64,000 nucleotides of DNA from Phycisphaerales bacterium. GTDB taxonomy: Bacteria; Planctomycetota; Phycisphaerae; Phycisphaerales; SM1A02. This document shows, piece by piece, positions 28,219 to 36,206 of this stretch. Location of the stretch: positions 546-64,545 of the forward strand of contig JAQWLT010000040.1 of assembly GCA_029247205.1 (NCBI GenBank), written 5' to 3'. A program made the position numbers and the translations under genes. Within the stretch, counting starts at the first letter, position 1, and each line of letters starts with the position of its first letter. Under the pieces are notes generated by a model, which was given only the letters and a program-made list of their open reading frames with translations, was not told the DNA's origin and searched no databases.

Positions 28219-30352
28219 GACGCCATATCAGGGAGCGTGCTGTTGCCGTGTCATAGCCGTGCACGCCCCAGCAAGGCCGTCCCAGCAGGGCTTGAAGAAG
28301 ATCGCTCGGTGCCAGTACCAGCGTACCTCCACGGGGATGCTGTCCGGCAAGCAGATCCAGCCCAGGCCGAGCAAGCCCGTGTTGGCGAGAGAATGGTCGC
28401 CATGCAATATTGAGTTCGCTTGCCCACGAGGCCTGGTGTGTGGGCGAGAGTGAGATGCCTGCCAAGGCCGCTCTCTGTTGGTGTGCGGAAACCGCACTCG
28501 GCGGACCAGTGAGCAACACCGTTCGCCCACCCGACAACAGGGCCTCGATCGCAGCCCAGTCAGTTTCGGTGTCGCTTGCACAGGCGGCACTGAGACCGTC
28601 GTGAGTGCTCGCCTCTAAGAGGGATGCGTTGTGGCATCGTGCCGGGTGTCCAGACTGTTCGCACCACTGCGCGAAGGCGGTGGCTGCGCCTGGTTCCAAG
28701 TTGGCGGCCTCGCCAGTGGCAAACACAATTGGGCATGGCGTACCAGTTATGTCAGTCGTTTTTTTGATCAGACCCATGTCCAGCCTCGGCGGAAATGGAT
28801 GTTGCTCGGTGGCCATCGCCCAAATATTGGGAAGAACACCATCTGGTCGCCCTGAAACCAGCAGCATGAGGTCTCGACCGCCAGCGGAGAGCGCGTCGAT
28901 GCGTGGCAGGGTTCGTGGTGAGTCCAGCAGCGAAAGGGCGGGGTCCTTTCGAGTCAGCCGCCGCCACGTGGCATGAGGCGCCGCAAGAGAACCGATCTGA
29001 TGCATTGCGCGGCCGAATCCACTTGAGCGTGCCACGGCGACTAAGAGCCCACCGCGGTTGAGGTACTCGCTAAACCTTTGGACTTCTTCGATGTCTAGAG
29101 TGTCGGCCTCACCACGCAGTGCCGCCGCAATTTCACGGCGTCGGTTGCGGACGAAAGAGGGTTCACGCGATCCCTGTATGAGCACCATCGGCGACTCTAG
29201 CCAGACATCAACGGAGTCACTCATCGAGATCAGCTGCCAGCAGGTTTCGTGTTCGAGTGTGCGTCGGAGGCGATTCACTAAGATTTCGGCGCTGCTGTAT
29301 TTGATTGATTGACCTGACAGCGTGAGTTGAGCGCAGGCAAGCGGCGCCAATCCACGATGCAGCAACATCAGCGCGAAGCACCGCTGTCGCAATTGCGATA
29401 CAGATTTGCCGCCGCTCACATGCCACTGTCCGTGTGTATCGCGTCGGCACAAGCGGCCAAGGGTGGTACTCAAGGCGTCACGAAGCCAGTCACGTCCGGC
29501 AAGCGTTCGCCAGCCAGTTGCCAATGCAACCCGCTCGAGCGAGTACAACCAGTACTGTGGGAACTTGGCGCATCGCCCAAGACCAGGGCAAGGCTCAGCA
29601 GTAAATCGTTCATCAAGCCACAGTCGACCATTCTCGATGGCGGTTTCTCGGATCGACTTGGTGCGGGTTCGGCTTGACTTGTCCAAGAGATCCTGCCCGA
29701 GTACCAGTGAGAACACACCTGCCGCGGTCATTGAGCCGGTGGGGGGATCTCCGATGTGATAGGACCACCCACCGTCCTTATGTTGCGACTCGATGATCGC
29801 GGTCTCGACGCGTGCCAGCAATTTTGGAGACACCTTGATTCCTCGCTCCGCTGCTGCATGCAGTGCAAGCACAGCGACGTGGCGGGTTGAGGGCGAGACT
29901 CGCGGGATTCGTTCGACGGGTCTACAAAGGTAGTCCCAGCCGCCTTGTCCCCAGTGAAACGACTCGACAAGACGGTCGACATCGTGTTGGAGTTGCGGCA
30001 GGAATCGATCTGGCAGGCTTGCCCACACTTGGGCGCGAAAGGCGACAGCGTAGGTGCCGTCAGGCTCAACGCTTTCAAGCCATGCAAGGGCCTCGCGGAG
30101 TGGACTGGATTGTGCGTCGTGTCCAGTGGTCAATAGCGCCAGAGTGGCAAGGGCGGTGTACCCACCGAGATGCTGGCGTGTACTCTCGCCACCCGGCATT
30201 TGAATGGGGTCCCAGTGCCGCGTGGGGTGGTAGGCATCGATGATTGCTTCTGAAATTGCATCGATGGCTGAGTGGACATCGGCAGCGGCAATGCTCATCG
30301 GATCTATGAGGCTGCCAAGGCACGCGGTCATACAACATGTGGCGCACAACAT
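28040..30352 (-). CDS. prenyltransferase/squalene-cyclase-repeat (alpha/alpha toroid) protein with a DUF4159-like C-terminal region
   Basis: The N-terminal third carries 'HWGQGGWDY' and 'QHKDGGWSY', the Q/H-x-x-(D/G)GGW repeats of terpene-cyclase/prenyltransferase beta-subunit folds. The middle region ('ESPMVLIQGSREPSF...EVQRFSEYLNRGGLLVA') resembles DUF4159 as I remember it. Lies immediately downstream of dxs on the same strand. Confidence 0.55.
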   Translation of the reverse strand: MLCATCCMTACLGSLIDPMSIAAADVHSAIDAISEAIIDAYHPTRHWDPIQMPGGESTRQHLGGYTALATLALLTTGHDAQSSPLREALAWLESVEPDGTYAVAFRAQVWASLPDRFLPQLQHDVDRLVESFHWGQGGWDYLCRPVERIPRVSPSTRHVAVLALHAAAERGIKVSPKLLARVETAIIESQHKDGGWSYHIGDPPTGSMTAAGVFSLVLGQDLLDKSSRTRTKSIRETAIENGRLWLDERFTAEPCPGLGRCAKFPQYWLYSLERVALATGWRTLAGRDWLRDALSTTLGRLCRRDTHGQWHVSGGKSVSQLRQRCFALMLLHRGLAPLACAQLTLSGQSIKYSSAEILVNRLRRTLEHETCWQLISMSDSVDVWLESPMVLIQGSREPSFVRNRRREIAAALRGEADTLDIEEVQRFSEYLNRGGLLVAVARSSGFGRAMHQIGSLAAPHATWRRLTRKDPALSLLDSPRTLPRIDALSAGGRDLMLLVSGRPDGVLPNIWAMATEQHPFPPRLDMGLIKKTTDITGTPCPIVFATGEAANLEPGAATAFAQWCEQSGHPARCHNASLLEASTHDGLSAACASDTETDWAAIEALLSGGRTVLLTGPPSAVSAHQQRAALAGISLSPTHQASWASELNIAWRPFSRQHGLARPGLDLLAGQHPRGGTLVLAPSDLLQALLGRPCWGVHGYDTATARSLIWRLATHVQRDDNRSPATYGARSEHMYARTKVDMVDNLARHAHWSDRRPVGNAIAVRPCRHP

Positions 30353-30415
30353 GCCGCAAGCGTATGCGTCAATCAGATCAGTTCACGCGCGAGCTGCCAA
30401 AACGCAGTGGTGTCT

Positions 30416-32377
30416 CTAGTAGGTTGTGGCGGGTGGGACGGTCTCGACAATGGGAACAGTATCCTGCTTGGTCGCGAGGGCAGCGGCGCGGTGAATGGCG
30501 TCCATGATCCCTTCGAGGTCAAGCCCCGCTTCGGCCAACTGCTCGCCACGAGATCCTTGGTGGATCCAACTATCAGGCAACCCAGCACGCACGATTCGAG
30601 AGGTATCGAGGCCACGATCAGTTGCTTCTTCGATCACCGCAGCACCGAACCCGCCGATGAGACCGTGTTCTTCGATCGTGAGAATCGGTATTCCACGGCG
30701 GAGCGTTCGTTCAATCAAATCGCCGTCAACGGGCTTCGCAAAGCGGCCGTCCCAGACTTCAACTTGGATATGTGAGTCTAGTTTCGAGGCTGCATCGAGC
30801 GCGGTCATCGCAGGTACGCCGTAGGCAATGACAACGACATCAGCCTTGGGGTTTGGCAGCAAGCAGCGAGCGCGGCCAATTTCAAATGGTGGGCAGTCTG
30901 TTTCTGCGAGGCGATCATCGACATCATCACGTGGGTATCGAACGGCGGTCAGACCATCATCGTGCATCCGCATGAATTCAAGTGATGCCCGAAGGCTTGC
31001 TTCATCGATGGCTGCGAGCAGGACAGCACCAGGGAGTGTGCGAAGGATGGACACATCACAGAAGCCGTGATGGACGGCTCCATCGCCGCCGACAAGACCA
31101 GCGCGGTCGAGGCAAAGACGTAGCGGAAGGCCTTGTAAGGAGATTTCTTGGAAGCACTGGTCAAAGGCCCGCTGCAAGAAGGTCGAGTACACGGCGAAGA
31201 ATGGACGGAGTCCAGTTTTGGCCATGCCTGCCATCATGTCAGTCGCATGGGACTCACAGATGCCGGTGTCCCATGTGCGGTCCGAGAATTGCTCAAGGGC
31301 CTTTGTGATACCGGTGCCATCTGGCATGGCAGCTGTGCAGGCGGTCACTGTGCCGTCGCGTGCCATGAGTTCGCACAACGCATCGCCGAAGGCTGCGGTG
31401 AAACTTCGACCGCCTGTGGCGACTTCGACCCTGCATCCATTGACTGAGTGAGGCTTTGGGGAGTGGAACGCTGTGGCGTCACTCTCGGTGTAGTCGAAGC
31501 CCTTGCCCTTGATTGTGTGGGCGTGTAGTACGAGCGGTCGATCGACATCTTTGACGACTGCGAGGGTCTCGATGAGTCCGAGGATGTCGTGCCCGTCGAC
31601 CGGACCGACGTGCAAGAGGCCAAACTTCTCAAACCAGGGGTCCTCAGTGACGATGTCCTTGGCGACTTCGCCGAGGCGATGTCCCCAGTCGCGTAAAGTC
31701 TCTCCGCCTGGAAGCCCTTTGACCATGCCTTTGGCTGCCCGTTTCATTGAGCGATACGTGTCACTGACGCGTAGCCGGTCAAAGTACGAAGCGATTGCGC
31801 CCTGAGGCTTGGCGATACTCATGCCGTTGTCATTGAGGACTACGAGAAATTGTCGATTGATTGTGCCAGCGTGATTGAGGCCTTCCATCGACAAACCGTT
31901 CACAATGCTCGCGTCGCCAACAAAGGCAACGGTGCGTCGTCCATCTTGGTTCTCTGGTGACCATCCCTCGCCTCGAATGCGATCGCCATGTGCAAGTCCG
32001 GTTGCGGTTGAGATGGCGGTGCCGGCATGGCCGACCATGAAGAGGTCTTGGTCACATTCGCTGGGGTCTGGGAAGCCGCCCATTCCATTTCGTTGACGTA
32101 ACTTGCTCAGCAGTGGGTAACGACCCGTCAACAACTTGTGTGGGTAGCACTGGTGTCCCACATCAAAGAGGAGTCGGTCATGTCCGAAGTCGAATACCCA
32201 GTGCAAGGCAATGAACAACTCGATGACACCAAGATTGGGAGCCAAGTGGCCACCTGTCTGCTGCACCTGCGAGCAGATTTCCTGACGCATCTCCGCTGCC
32301 AAGATTGGCAGTTGTTCGAGGTCAAGTGCTTTGAGATCTGCCGGCGTATGGATGCCGGGAAGAATCGTGAGGTCCAT
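30416..32377 (-). CDS. dxs: 1-deoxy-D-xylulose-5-phosphate synthase
   Basis: 653 aa. 'DVGHQCYPHKLLTGR', 'GHAGTAISTATG', the TPP-binding 'GDASIVNGLSMEGLNHAG' and 'FDTGICESHA' are canonical DXS blocks. Confidence 0.95.
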   Translation of the reverse strand: MDLTILPGIHTPADLKALDLEQLPILAAEMRQEICSQVQQTGGHLAPNLGVIELFIALHWVFDFGHDRLLFDVGHQCYPHKLLTGRYPLLSKLRQRNGMGGFPDPSECDQDLFMVGHAGTAISTATGLAHGDRIRGEGWSPENQDGRRTVAFVGDASIVNGLSMEGLNHAGTINRQFLVVLNDNGMSIAKPQGAIASYFDRLRVSDTYRSMKRAAKGMVKGLPGGETLRDWGHRLGEVAKDIVTEDPWFEKFGLLHVGPVDGHDILGLIETLAVVKDVDRPLVLHAHTIKGKGFDYTESDATAFHSPKPHSVNGCRVEVATGGRSFTAAFGDALCELMARDGTVTACTAAMPDGTGITKALEQFSDRTWDTGICESHATDMMAGMAKTGLRPFFAVYSTFLQRAFDQCFQEISLQGLPLRLCLDRAGLVGGDGAVHHGFCDVSILRTLPGAVLLAAIDEASLRASLEFMRMHDDGLTAVRYPRDDVDDRLAETDCPPFEIGRARCLLPNPKADVVVIAYGVPAMTALDAASKLDSHIQVEVWDGRFAKPVDGDLIERTLRRGIPILTIEEHGLIGGFGAAVIEEATDRGLDTSRIVRAGLPDSWIHQGSRGEQLAEAGLDLEGIMDAIHRAAALATKQDTVPIVETVPPATTY

Positions 32378-32460
32378 GCGGTACTCCTGCGGGGCGTTTC
32401 GGCGGTGTGAAGTGTATCAGTGCCCACCTCCTTCGCCTCAATCAAAGTGAAAGCGATTGA

Positions 32461-33363
32461 TTATTGGGTGCGAATGGCCATGAGGTTGGCAAGGCCCACG
32501 AGTGGGTCGGCGGCATCGCCAAGGTTGGAAACGGCCATCACGGCCTCTGTGCGAAGCCGGGCGACTTCGTCGCGGCAAGCAGCCTCGCCAAGTACGCCTG
32601 GGTAGGTGCGTTTGCCATTCGCTGCGTCCTTGCCGGTTGCCTTGCCCACGTGTTGGGCAGACTGTGTGATATCAAGCAAGTCATCGACGACCTGAAACAT
32701 CAGCCCCATCGCATCGCCGTACCGGGTGACGCTGTCAAGGCTTTCGGCATCTGCACCGCCACACATCGCGCCCATTCGGCACGCAGCTTTGATGAGGGCG
32801 CCGGTCTTGTTGAGGTGGACCAGGCGTACTTGATCGATCGGCGTGAGTCCTTCGGGCAGTCCACCGAGCGTGTCATAGACCTGTCCAGCAACCATATCGG
32901 AGGTTCCGCGAGCGAGTTCACCCACGAGCAGCGTCCGCACAGTGGGCTCGCATGGGGCATCGGCGAGGAAGCCAAAGGCCATTGCCAACATGAGATCGCC
33001 TGCAAGGATTGCCATGGCTTCTCCGGCGTGCACATGCAAGGTTGGTTGGCCGCGCCGAAGTTCATCATTATCAAGTGCTGGTAGGTCGTCGTGTACCAGA
33101 CTGAAGCAGTGCACGAATTCCAAGGCTGCAGCAGAGGCAAGCGCGGCGTCTGTATCGCCTCCCACCGCATTGCAACACTGTATAACTAATGCTGGACGTA
33201 GCCGCTTTCCACCTCCGAGGACGCTATAGCGAGCCGCCTCGGTCAGATGCGGAGGGAAGTGGGACCAATCAATGGAGTTGGCCATCCACTGGTCAATCTG
33301 TTTGCCAGATGCGGCGAGGACATCGCGACCTTCTTGAACGCTGGTAGTGGTGGTGTGTTCCAT
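32461..33363 (-). CDS. ispA: polyprenyl (farnesyl/geranylgeranyl) diphosphate synthase
   Basis: First aspartate-rich motif 'FSLVHDDLPALDNDELRRG' and second motif 'FQVVDDLLD'. Located directly upstream of dxs, as in ispA-dxs operons. Chain-length specificity cannot be read from the sequence. Confidence 0.85.
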   Translation of the reverse strand: MEHTTTTSVQEGRDVLAASGKQIDQWMANSIDWSHFPPHLTEAARYSVLGGGKRLRPALVIQCCNAVGGDTDAALASAAALEFVHCFSLVHDDLPALDNDELRRGQPTLHVHAGEAMAILAGDLMLAMAFGFLADAPCEPTVRTLLVGELARGTSDMVAGQVYDTLGGLPEGLTPIDQVRLVHLNKTGALIKAACRMGAMCGGADAESLDSVTRYGDAMGLMFQVVDDLLDITQSAQHVGKATGKDAANGKRTYPGVLGEAACRDEVARLRTEAVMAVSNLGDAADPLVGLANLMAIRTQ

Positions 33364-33401
33364 GGTGAGGTCCCGGTAAAGCGGTGAGGTCCCGGTAAAG
33401 C
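33364..33401. repeat. perfect 2 x 19-bp tandem direct repeat (GGTGAGGTCCCGGTAAAGC)
   Basis: Bases 33364-33382 and 33383-33401 are identical. The repeat abuts the ispA start codon (33363) in the 53-bp divergent ispA/exbB-like intergenic region. Confidence 0.95.
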
Positions 33402-33404
33402 CCT

Positions 33405-33410
33405 ACTATA
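33405..33410 (-). promoter_or_regulatory. candidate -10 element (TATAGT on the minus strand) for ispA-dxs
   Basis: Plus-strand ACTATA at 33405-33410 reads TATAGT on the minus strand, 42 nt upstream of the ispA ATG. It would be 23 nt upstream without the 19-bp duplication. No convincing -35 element was seen. Confidence 0.3.
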
Positions 33411-33416
33411 CCGACC

Positions 33417-34103
33417 ATGCAAGAATGGACCATGCTTATGTCGCTCGCTCCGGCCGCAGCCGAATCGGGCTGGTCGACCGAAGTGTCTTCGCTCATCGCT
33501 CGCGGCGGTTACGTGATGATTCCGCTGCTGATTTTGAGCATCATCAGTGTCATGCTGATTGTCGAACGCTCGATCTTCTGGGTCAGCCTCAATGGCAAGA
33601 CCAGCCTTCGCCGACTGGGAAAGTTGAATCATGCGCTTCGCTCGGGCGATGCAGCATTGGTTCGTGGCGTCGTAGCCGGTGACACGACTCCCTATGGGCG
33701 AGTTGCCTGCAGATTAGTTGAAGAGGGTGCCAACGACGCTGTGGCGCTTGAGGCGGTTGAGGATCAACGCAGCAGACTAGAGCGGTACATGATCACCATG
33801 TCGACCATCATCACTGCGGCGCCACTGCTTGGCATTTTGGGCACGGTGCTCGGAATTATTCAAAGCTTTGAGTTACTCGGTGCTCGCTCGACGATGTCTG
33901 ATCCAACCGAGGTTGCTGGCGGAATTGCCGCAGCCCTCTTGACGACAGCCTTTGGCCTTGTCGTTGCTTTGGTCACGCTGTTTCCCTACATGGCATTCCG
34001 CGGCCAAGTCAGTCGCGGGATGGGCCGATTGGAGGCACTGGTTGCGGCGGGGCAGGAGGGTGAGCACCGAAGGGATCGCGGTCACTCGGAGTCACAGTCA
34101 TGA
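33417..34103 (+). CDS. MotA/TolQ/ExbB-family proton channel protein
   Basis: 228 aa with three TM helices. The conserved C-terminal block 'ITAAPLLGILGTVLGIIQSF...GGIAAALLTTAFGLVVAL' is the MotA_ExbB signature. Confidence 0.8.
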   Translation: MQEWTMLMSLAPAAAESGWSTEVSSLIARGGYVMIPLLILSIISVMLIVERSIFWVSLNGKTSLRRLGKLNHALRSGDAALVRGVVAGDTTPYGRVACRLVEEGANDAVALEAVEDQRSRLERYMITMSTIITAAPLLGILGTVLGIIQSFELLGARSTMSDPTEVAGGIAAALLTTAFGLVVALVTLFPYMAFRGQVSRGMGRLEALVAAGQEGEHRRDRGHSESQS

Positions 34104-35266
34104 TTGGTGTGCTGCTCGCAACTGTGATAGCCACACCGATGCCATGGCTTCAGCCAAAGTGGTCGGATGCGGGTGGTCGCCTTGAGGTCGCAGCCCGCAT
34201 GTGGGAAGAGCCTGAAGGTAGTCCTCGGGTTTGGCTTGTGGGCGTGACGCATATGGGTGAGCCGAGTTATTACGCCGCCATTGAGACGCTGCTTGAACAA
34301 TGCGATGTCGTTGTCTTTGAATCTGTACTTCCTGAGGGCGGAACAGCTCCTGGTGGAAGCGACGATACGGCCCGTGCCGACTCGACTCAGGCGACTGCAG
34401 CGCTGCTTGCCAAAATGCTTGCTGGGACAGTGAGTGTGGACTGGAATCAAGCCATAGAAAACTTGGCTGCCTCGAACACTCGGGTCGTGTCAATTGTCCG
34501 ACCGCTTGCACGCGACGGTTGGGGCCGCTCGTGGGTGATGCGAGACAATAAGGTCACAAGTTTTGGTGCCGATGGCATGCTCGGTGGCACAGGTGTGAAT
34601 GCCGACATCGTGGTGGCTGTTGCCGAAGAGGCAGCCCAACCAAATGGCGGCGAATTGCAACGCTCGATGGCTGAGTCTCTTGGGCTGGTTTTTCAGCTCG
34701 ATTCGTTGCCATATGACGGTGTGCATTGGGTGCCGGGTGATCTTCGTGTTGATCAAGTTGCGGCGGCTTTCAAGGAGCGTGGGGAGGATCTTGGTGACAT
34801 GACCGCAATGCTTTCTGGAGGCGGGCTTGTTGGTGGTGTGATGAGTGGCGTGTTCAAGATGATTCCAGTTCTCGACGCTCTTTTCGGCGGTCGCATTGTG
34901 GACACGATTCGGGTGATCTTGATCGAAATGCTCGGTGATGAGGCGTTGATTGGTTCGGCTCTTGAAATGCAAGGGCCTGCACTTGAGGAAGTTCTGCTTG
35001 ACCTCCGCAATGAGCGAGCCATGGAAGTGTTGTGGGAGCAATTGGCCGAGTTGGATCAGGGCCAGACAATTGCCTTGGTGTATGGCGCTGGTCATCTGCC
35101 CGGACTTGTGACCATCCTGGAGTCGCATGGCGATTGGGAAGTGGCAGATACACAGTGGTTGCCAGCGATCGAATTTGATCTCACGACTTCGCCACTGACA
35201 AAATCTGAGGTCGACATGTTGCGTGGCTGGATTCGAAACTTTGCGAAGCGATTATCGCCGAGGTAA
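34100..35266 (+). CDS. TraB/GumN (TIKI-superfamily) protein with a nested T2SS pseudopilin-G-like domain
   Basis: ATGA overlap with the upstream gene. TraB/GumN blocks: 'VWLVGVTHMGEPSYY', 'CDVVVFES' and C-terminal 'IALVYGAGHLPGL'. Residues about 92-172 interrupt the fold with 'RDGWGRSWVMRDNKVTSFGADGMLGGTGVNADIVV'. This mirrors the GspG/EpsG C-terminal motif 'DPWGNxYxY...LGADGxxGGxGxxADI'. Confidence 0.6.
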   Translation: MIGVLLATVIATPMPWLQPKWSDAGGRLEVAARMWEEPEGSPRVWLVGVTHMGEPSYYAAIETLLEQCDVVVFESVLPEGGTAPGGSDDTARADSTQATAALLAKMLAGTVSVDWNQAIENLAASNTRVVSIVRPLARDGWGRSWVMRDNKVTSFGADGMLGGTGVNADIVVAVAEEAAQPNGGELQRSMAESLGLVFQLDSLPYDGVHWVPGDLRVDQVAAAFKERGEDLGDMTAMLSGGGLVGGVMSGVFKMIPVLDALFGGRIVDTIRVILIEMLGDEALIGSALEMQGPALEEVLLDLRNERAMEVLWEQLAELDQGQTIALVYGAGHLPGLVTILESHGDWEVADTQWLPAIEFDLTTSPLTKSEVDMLRGWIRNFAKRLSPR

Positions 35267-35273
35267 CTCGCGT

Positions 35274-36206
35274 TTACTTGGCTTCGTGCGTGAACGACTT
35301 AATGGGAATGTCTTCGACCTGTTTGGCTGCGTCAATCCAGTGTGACTGATCTATGAGATCGGTCATGGACTGCGTGCGGATGTGCCCATCGGCGAAGAAA
35401 ACAGGGGTCCGTTGATCGAGACCAAGGCGGGGAATTGCAACATCATCTCTGAGAGTCTCAATGTCATCCATTGACAGTTGGGTCCAGAGCGGTTCATCCG
35501 CGAGAATGGGCGGCGTTACTTCAAACCAATTGGGGCCAAATGAGTCCGCGTCTGAAATACCCCATGAGCCAGCCTTCGCCATGAAGGCGCCCGGCATGAA
35601 CACAAACGTAGTCGTCGGATGCTGCATTCGGCCAAGTGATTCGGCGACAACATTCTTGTAGGTTCGGTCCGCAAGTCGAGCCCGGTAGAACTCCAGTGTC
35701 GGACGGTTGTGGTCGTCCGAGATTTCATAGTGCCCGCCCACGTACCAGCCGTTGTATGCAAATGCTGGGTGAAAGGCGATGTGCTCTCCCCGCTCGGGGT
35801 AGTCAGTGATGGGCATGATGTCCCGCATGTCTTGGTCAAGCAAGGGTTCGAGGTCGTTGCCAAGATAGTGGGCAAGTCGCCACGTCCATGGTCCTGCAGT
35901 TTCGGGCAATGATTCGTCAAAGGTCGGCGCAGGTGGGATAATCGTATTGTCGGGATAGGTCAGTACCAATCGCATTTCTTGCTGAGATTGGCGAGAGAGC
36001 CAGCCGGCGACAAACTTTCCGCGGCTATCGACGTTGTACTGGCTCCACGCAAGGCCAATCTGCCGCAGGTCATTTGCTTGATCAATCCCGGCGGCGCTTC
36101 GGCGCAAGTACATCAAGCCTGTCGTGAGCATCGCGATCAGCATGGCAATGATGGCGAGTACCACCATCAGTTCGACGAGTGTGTAGGCCGGGCGTCCGCG
36201 AGTCAC
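35274..36206 (-). CDS. DUF1559-type protein with prepilin-type N-terminal cleavage/methylation domain
   Basis: N-terminus 'MTRGRPAYTLVELMVVLAIIAMLIAML' is a type IV pilin/pseudopilin leader plus hydrophobic helix. The about 280-aa body with C-terminal 'VFFADGH' matches the planctomycete DUF1559 family. The GTG start overlaps the ispG stop (GTGA). Confidence 0.8.
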   Translation of the reverse strand: MTRGRPAYTLVELMVVLAIIAMLIAMLTTGLMYLRRSAAGIDQANDLRQIGLAWSQYNVDSRGKFVAGWLSRQSQQEMRLVLTYPDNTIIPPAPTFDESLPETAGPWTWRLAHYLGNDLEPLLDQDMRDIMPITDYPERGEHIAFHPAFAYNGWYVGGHYEISDDHNRPTLEFYRARLADRTYKNVVAESLGRMQHPTTTFVFMPGAFMAKAGSWGISDADSFGPNWFEVTPPILADEPLWTQLSMDDIETLRDDVAIPRLGLDQRTPVFFADGHIRTQSMTDLIDQSHWIDAAKQVEDIPIKSFTHEAK

